DNA of 64,000 nucleotides, from positions 9,470,882 to 9,534,881 of the forward strand of contig OZ199840.1 of assembly GCA_964304625.1 (NCBI GenBank). The letters are read 5' to 3'. The translations under genes and the position numbers were made by a program. Origin of the DNA: Kudoa neothunni. Lineage: Eukaryota > Animalia > Cnidaria. The notes below the pieces were generated by a model. The model was not told where the DNA came from. It did not search any database and saw nothing but the letters and a program-made list of their open reading frames with translations. Shown here piece by piece: positions 56,542-64,000 of the stretch (positions are counted from its first letter, which is position 1; each line of letters starts with the position of its first letter).

Positions 56542-59268
56542 TCTTGCGCTGTCTAATTTTCTGACAGCGTCACTGTATTCTATACTCGAGAATAAAACAA
56601 GATAGGTTCAACTACGCAAACCGCCTATTTAAAAGCACGGAGCTGTCAACTTAATCAGGTCCCGTGGCGAAGCTGCGCGAATCTGAACGAATATTTATAC
56701 ACATTGAAACCACTTTTTTGGCTTATTAAAATAGACTTTTATAAAATTATTATGGATTTCTAATATCAATTTATTGAAATATGTCCATTTAGAAATGATT
56801 TTATACATATACTTATATTTTCATAAAGTATTAACTTTTCCTTATAATATTAATATTACTATTAATATTAATATGGTGTATATAGTTGTTATTTGTTCGA
56901 ATAAAAATATAAAGTTAAACTATTATATAAACGAGTTTCATTGTGTAATAAATATTACATCTCATTTTAGTAAAATTCGTGCTTTTTTATTTCAAGAATT
57001 TTAATTGGAAAAAAATTATATTTCTTTTCAAATTAATGTATGTAAAATTTGGTCGAAAGAAATCTTCAACGTTTCAAGGATAGTCGAATTAATTTTTTTA
57101 ATTTGAATAATATTCCGTTATAAGTATTCTCTTTTGTGACAAAAAATGAAATATTATTTTAAATCCTTTGTATTGGAAGGAGAGGGTTATATTATGTAGG
57201 TGACCAATGACCAATAGGATAAATATTATTCAAATGATTTTCTATAGAATAAAAATCATGTTTATATGAGGTTAATTGTTATTTTAGAACTTTGGTTAGA
57301 AAAAACTTAAAGTATGCTTGCGTTTAGACACTCTCTGGTAATGCTTCGATTTCGATATATTTAATTTTACCCATTGTATAATTAGTTTATTTTAAAATTG
57401 CTTTAATTTACATCTAGATGGAAATGATAATTATCTTTTTTCAATTAAAAAATATTTATTATTGCAGAGTAACAAATTTTATTGAATAAATCTTATGCAT
57501 TTTTTCGAATTCTTTAATAATACAAAATAAGGATAAATAACATTAATTCATTTCATATTAATTAACCCTTCTTAAATTACAAAATATAATATTTAATTAA
57601 TAGAATAATATGTATTTATCATAGTATATTTGTTAGGACTCATTGTATTATATTTTTATTTTTTTTATAAAAGTGAAGTCCCCTACACAATTCTTGTATT
57701 CATATGGAAATAAATAGTGCATTCGGTATCAATAAACTTTTAGGTTTGGAATTTATTCACGAAAATGAAGAAAATATGTAAAAACTAGCTTGGAATATCC
57801 AAATAATGGGTATACAGTAGGTGACGACTCGTGTGTATCTGCCATGATTTTATGACTCACACAATATTGTTACTAATTAAAATGAATCGAATAAAAATCT
57901 AATTATAATAAATTATCAAAGCCTTAGTTTTTGTTTTAATTCGTTGTAAATAAGAATTGGCTCGAATTCACGATTCGTCTCTTTAAATTAGTTTTGGGGT
58001 AATAACGAATCCACTATGAAGTCTCGTAATGTAATGAAAATTACAAATAACCACAAAAAACTTTAAAAATTTATTATTTCTATTAATGATGGTCTAACTT
58101 ATTCGAGCCAAATGTACAAATTTTTCAAAAAACGAAATTATCGAATGTTGTCTACGGTCATAGATCCAGAAACAACGATTCACGATTCACGAATCAAGAA
58201 AGTCGGAGCTTTACCAGTAATATACTAATAACTTTTTCAAAACACAATCCAACTAATAAGTAAGATAAAAAATTTTAGTTACATTTTTTCGAGTGCATTA
58301 ATTAATTTTATAAAATTATACATATCAATATATATTAAATTTATCCTGATTATTAACACCTACTTCTCTTGAGTACAGAAAATAATTTATTTGTTACACA
58401 ACACTTCCTTAAGATGTAATAATTCATTAAGAAAGTCTTCTGCATGTTTTTATTTAAAATCGCCAAAACTCTATGATGAATATAATAAAATAATTTTGAT
58501 TATAATAAAATTGGATTTATGATTTGCATTTATTATTATTTTATAATTCTTGTTGACAGAAACCATTAGTATTATCATCACGTTGTCAATTTGTCACGTT
58601 GTCTCGTTGTCTCGCTGTCTAAATGGTTTGTTTCTACAAATTAAAGTCAAGGATCAACTAGATTAATCGCATTTAACCCTTACATCATTGTTATAAACAA
58701 ATTTTTTTATTAATATACTTTTGAATATAAACACAAATATAGTGATAAATGAGAGAGAGACTAAATTGCAAGAGCCCACATTAAAATTTTTCTTTGTTCG
58801 CATACGTCATGACGGCTCGAGGGCACCTCGAACCCAATTCCCATTTTAATGTCCACGACCCGTCACCTACTATATTTAGACTTTAAATAATATTCAATTA
58901 GATATGAAATGAAATCATTAAGCATTTTTTTCAGCAATTTAACACATATTTTCTAAATACAATTTAATTTAATGAGAATATTGAACGGTGGTTCTCTAAT
59001 TATCTAATCAGACCCGTATAGAATTTAATATGTTGATACATTTCAGTAGAGTTTGTAACAATAAAATTTCACAGATTTTTTTGAATTTTAATAAATGGAT
59101 TAATAAAAAATCAATTAATTGATCTCCAAGTAGTAATTGCATATAACTGAGTATATTTGTCAAATGTTGCATGATGATAAAATAAGCTTAAAGATGGTGA
59201 TAGTTTATTACAAATAATGACATCGGCCCCCTTTATATGTATATATATATGTGCGTATATATTGAAGG

Positions 59269-59439
59269 CATTGGATATTGACACTGAAGTTTTTAATCCA
59301 AAACTACAACTACGCTTGCGCGATGCTCATTTTTAATCCCATCAACTCCTATCTATAGTCTATTTATAAAGTTTATTTTTTAGAATCTGACGTATTTAAT
59401 TATACCCACCTTGATATTATGATCAGTGTCAATAGCCAC
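59269..59439. mobile_element. MITE, same family as 14858-15070
   Basis: TIRs TTGGATATTGACACTGA ... TCAGTGTCAATAGCCAC, plus internal similarity. Confidence 0.6.
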
Positions 59440-59510
59440 CTCATATATTGAACTTAACCAAAGATAACAAACAGATTTTAAAAATAATCTTTTGTTGATT
59501 AATCTGACCC

Positions 59511-60652
59511 ATGCGAGAGCTTATAATTAAAATCCAAGATATTCTAGGGTTGATCTATTAATCTTAAATTGCCAAGAGATTTTATCAATCCTGCAAACTG
59601 TGTATAGTTCGCAAGCTGATTCGTCGATATATGCGTGTACATATCTGAGGGGAAATATGAGCAAAATCTCAACATTATTTCGTTGGGAATATGGTGGATA
59701 CGATGTGTATATTTGTGGGAATTATGATGGTTGGATATCACTAACCCCAATGACCTTGAGGTAGGTGGAGCGAAGGTCAAATATCATGTTGTTTTCCAAA
59801 CAACAGATTACCCGATTGAATTAATATATATGTCACCTTAGTGGTGGAGAATTTTTGGCAATTATTGATCTTGAAGAAGGTCGTCATGAGTTTAAATTCT
59901 TCGTGGATGATGAATGGTGTTATGATCCCAAAGTAGTAAGTGTTAATGCCGCCAACTATTGTTACCATACTCCGATCGAATAATTTGTTTTTAGGAATAT
60001 GTGGCTGATCGCCATTTCGGCAATAGTAACGTCATCTATGTGAGTAGTAGAGATAGAGATGTGGTTGAATCGTTGGATTTGGATTGTATAGGTTGTGAGA
60101 AAGATAAAATATTCAATAGTAAATGTCTCTTTTTCAATCATCTTTTATGCTAGCTTTCGTCAATTTTAGCCTATATTGACAACAACAATGAGAACTTTGC
60201 TCAGAATATTCCAGATCTCAACGAATTGAATGATTTGGAGTTTTTTTGTCCAGTTTCCAACTCATGCACTGATGAGACTTCAATGGAAAATTGTCTTAAA
60301 AGAAATACCCTCTATCCTCCTATATTACCTACCCATTCACTCTCGTGTGTACTTAATGGTTATAAGAAATATCCGATTCCTTTTGTATTATTTTCCTCAA
60401 TGATGATTATCGCTCATTATTCGAATTGCTAATTGCTTTAGGAGGAATCCCTTGAGCTCGGTATACCAGATTCAACCACCCTCAGACATGTTTATACTAT
60501 GACATTAAATGTACTTGAGATTATAACTGGTTGGTTGTTTATGTTTCGTTCAGGAAGAAACTTACGCTCTAGCTTTATCTAGAAGATATCGAAATAAATC
60601 CACTACTACCTTGTTTATAAAACCTATTCCAACCATGCATGATAATGAATAG
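59511..60652 (+). CDS. PRKAB: AMP-activated protein kinase beta subunit, multi-exon (alternative start at 59657)
   Basis: CBM48 domain TLFRWEYGGYDVYICGNYDGW..FLAIIDLEEGRHEFKFFVDDEWCYDP; PPILPTH..CVLN; C-terminal RYRNKSTTTLFIKPI. Confidence 0.9.
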
Positions 60653-63514
60653 ATGAAATTTTTATATCTTTGTGTGCTTCTACTATATGATTTCTTATTT
60701 ATTCTATTGGCTCGTTTTAAATTATTACAATTTAATATAAATTCCCATTCAAAATGGCGACTCTATTTATTTTATTATGCTTATCAGTATTTTAATTCTT
60801 TTTTGTCGCTCAAACATAATAATAACGCAACAAATTTATTTAAGTATGTAATGTAATTGTACCAAAATAAGTAGAAAAAACATGTTTAATTTATTTTGAT
60901 AAAGTCTTCTATGGATGCACGATTTAGATGCGTTACTAATATTTGTTAAATTTTAAACTCATTGGGGTAACCTTTTTTGACTGGTGATATTATTCCATTT
61001 AAATATAGCGATGAGGTTATTACATCAATATTTTTTACCAAAAATATTATACTTTGGTTTTTTGATATATTTTATTGCAAGATGAATGCATTAATTTGAG
61101 ATAGAAAATTATATGAATAAATGATTAATTCTATATATTAATGTGTTAAATTATATCTTTCCAATATTTTAGTTAATATCTTGAGTTATTTTATAGATTT
61201 ATATATACATATGTATAAATTTTTTGTTTAGTTTTACGTATTTTTTTCCTGTATCACGTTAAAAGTAATTGAAATCTGTTTACATCGCAAACTCAGTTTT
61301 TTAAATTATATAATTCTAATAAGAAATATTAGTAGATTTATTTTTCTCATGATCGCACAGTAATTACACTTATTTTCAGCATTCCAAATTAATACTTTGA
61401 AATATTTATTTTTTGTAACTATCTGAGTATAAAATTTGAATATTTATAAGTGAAAATATTGTTTTAATTCGTTTCGGGTGATTTATGTATTAGACTTATA
61501 AGGCATCCCATGATCTACTTAAATCATCTCAAATTGAGTAAATGATTTCAATATGTAATTTATGTAAACTATATTACTATTAAATAATGAGGAATTTTTA
61601 AAATAAATCTTATTTTGCCTTGTTGCGCATGCGCACATTGATTGATTGTTTGGCAAAACGAAACCGACAATTTTTATATTTGTTTAGTTTTAATGAGACA
61701 ATATACACCTTGTTTATTCAAGAGAAAGACATATTAGTTATGTTTACATTATATTGATCTTATCATTTCTTATTATCGAAGCAATAACGTGTTAAAATGC
61801 GTTAATTTGTGTGGGTTTATGTATTTAACTGTTAGCAATAAAGATGATGAATTTTCGTTATATAAAATTTCCATTCATGATATTCATCATATTTCAAATT
61901 TTATATTTCATATTTCTGAAGCGGTTTTTAGGGAAATATTAAATAACTAAAATAAATTATTGATGTTCATAATAAATAGATTCTATCAATTGCGTGAATT
62001 TTGTAATTCATTTCTTTTAGCGAATTTAGTTCGTTGCCATTATTCACTTGGAGATTAGAATACGTTTATAGTTTATTAGTGTGTTTATAATGTAAAGCGT
62101 ATTTTAATAAAATTGGATATTACTATCTATTCGTAGATAAATTAAATATTAAATAAAATCGTTTTTTGTCGCAAAATGAAAATTGGAGGAGAAAATTAAA
62201 TAAATGAATTGATAAAATATAAAATAAGAACTATAACATTAATTTAAATCGTTATCTATTATACAGAATAGAAATGCAACATTAATATAATTATAGATTT
62301 TTAAGCGAAATTAATTTAATTTTGATAATTATATTTAAGCTGAAAATCATCAAGGCGTGACAAAGTTAATAAAATAACTATTTGAAGCATTAAATTTTAG
62401 TTAGTACAATGATTAATTCATTGAATAAATTAAAAACTGTTTAGAACATTCACTGAGTTTTTCTTAAATACCCCAAAAACCCTATGAAAACAAAAATAAG
62501 TAATTATTACTTATTTTTGTTTTCCTGATTTTATATTAATTGAAACGGATGCGTTCTAATAGATTTATTCTTCAAATTAAAGTAAAATGTATAAAATACT
62601 TCTAATGGATAGATTCCAGTGATTAATACCTCAAATAATTTTATGCAGTTATATATAAATAAATCAATCTGTGGTTATTACGACTATTCCATTTTTTCGT
62701 ATCAATCATTCTGAGCTAAAAAATTTCGTTATTGCCTCCTTTGAAGGAGAGATCTAAAGAAAAAAATGTGTTTCTCGAGGACAGGAGAAGCTTTTCATCC
62801 GTGAATTGTAAGAGTTTCTGATTTAGCTCTAAGGTTCAATATTTCGATCCGTATAATTCTTTATATAAATGTTTTTACAATTTATTTCTACTATTGAATA
62901 CTTCAAGTTATTGTAGGTTTTAATTAAAACAATTTAAAAAATACATTAATAATAAGTCAGAACTTGTGCAAATTTTTTTGAAGTTAAATGTCGGAGATAT
63001 AATACTCTTTTTTTAGAGATTTGCTAAATGAAAACAAATATCACTATAAAATCTATTAAATAATATAAGAACATCAATGATTTATCGAATAATTTTGCTA
63101 TATTTAGAGATTGTTTTTTAGGAGCTAAATTTAAAATAATTTTTTCTATTGAATCAATGGTTATATTGTATTATTTTAACGATGGTTCTTATATTTATTC
63201 AACAAATATTAAATTTTATGTAATTTAAATTTATAATAAAAATAATTAATCTCTACAAAAAGTTAAATCATCATATAAAAACCTTTGAAAACAATTGGAT
63301 TAAAAATTAGTGAATTTTAAGAAAACTTATATTTTGATATCTAACATGTAATATCATCAGCTAATTGAAAACGCTACATTTATTCTTAGGATGCTTGGTA
63401 TTTAACCAAAACTTTATTCTAAAGTAATATTCGAATAATTGATGATAAAAACAAAAAATTAATTAATTACAATTTAACACCATTCATTGATAATGTTTCT
63501 CCAAGGTTGATATA

Positions 63515-63844
63515 TCATACTTCATTTTTGTCACTACACATAATGCACCTCCCCCGATATATAATGAACACAGATAAATTTATACCATGAATAAATAAAA
63601 TTTTGTTTAAAAATGATAGAACTCCCAATAAATTTTGATCTAGACTGCTCTTAAAGTTTATTATTAATATGACATGACATTTGCAGAGTATGAAACAAAT
63701 TATACAAAAATGCGAGATGTAAGGGTAGTGATTATAAATCAATAATATAAACATGAGGAAAAATAATATTTTTGTATAATCATGTGTGCCCATAGTATCG
63801 TGGTATTTGAATATGCTAATAGCATTAGGAATTTTATCAACCAT
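63515..63844 (-). CDS. Possible small or partial spliced gene with a hydrophobic segment; product unknown
   Basis: 109-aa ORF with internal GT..AG intron-like stretches and a TM-like KILFFLMFILLIY. No family recognised. Confidence 0.3.
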   Translation of the reverse strand: MVDKIPNAISIFKYHDTMGTHDYTKILFFLMFILLIYNHYPYISHFCIICFILCKCHVILIINFKSSLDQNLLGVLSFLNKILFIHGINLSVFIIYRGRCIMCSDKNEV

Positions 63845-64000
63845 TCATTATGGCAAAAATCCGTATAACTTTAATGCATTTCGGCTTATAAATATAATCC
63901 AATTCGTCTCCATTCATATATTATAATTATCGATAGAAACCTGTCACACTCGTTGTACCAGAAAAAAAAATGTTACAATATGTTTATATTATTTTAGGGA

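Noticed and set aside
57813-58640. GATTCACGA and GTTGTCTC short repeats with weak inverted ends
   Set aside because: Probably old MITE fragments; boundaries cannot be supported.
1-64000. Alternative genetic code
   Set aside because: Conserved genes translate with the standard code and end in normal stops. In-frame stops are confined to introns and decayed transposases.

Overview
Very AT-rich eukaryotic (animal) genomic DNA. Genes are compact, fast-evolving and split by many short introns (about 25-65 nt, GT-AG). This pattern, plus an integrin beta gene, suggests a reduced metazoan parasite such as a myxozoan, orthonectid or dicyemid (inference only). Host genes: NSUN2/Trm4 (partial), SRP19, TMEM87-like, hexokinase (three frameshifts), CHMP2A, a highly divergent integrin beta, ARP3, a short BDP1-like SANT protein and AMPK beta. 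The centre of the window (about 19.9-41 kb) is an island rich in decayed DNA transposons (piggyBac x2, Merlin, MULE, pogo/Tigger, hAT MITEs, Helitrons, some nested). It encloses what reads best as one large orphan type-I membrane protein gene of roughly 1,900-2,000 aa, built from a triplicated 5-exon block of Cys-containing FN3-like domains. The most notable items are this surface protein and the integrin beta, which lacks recognisable MIDAS and NPxY motifs. All exon models were derived by hand, so boundaries are approximate.
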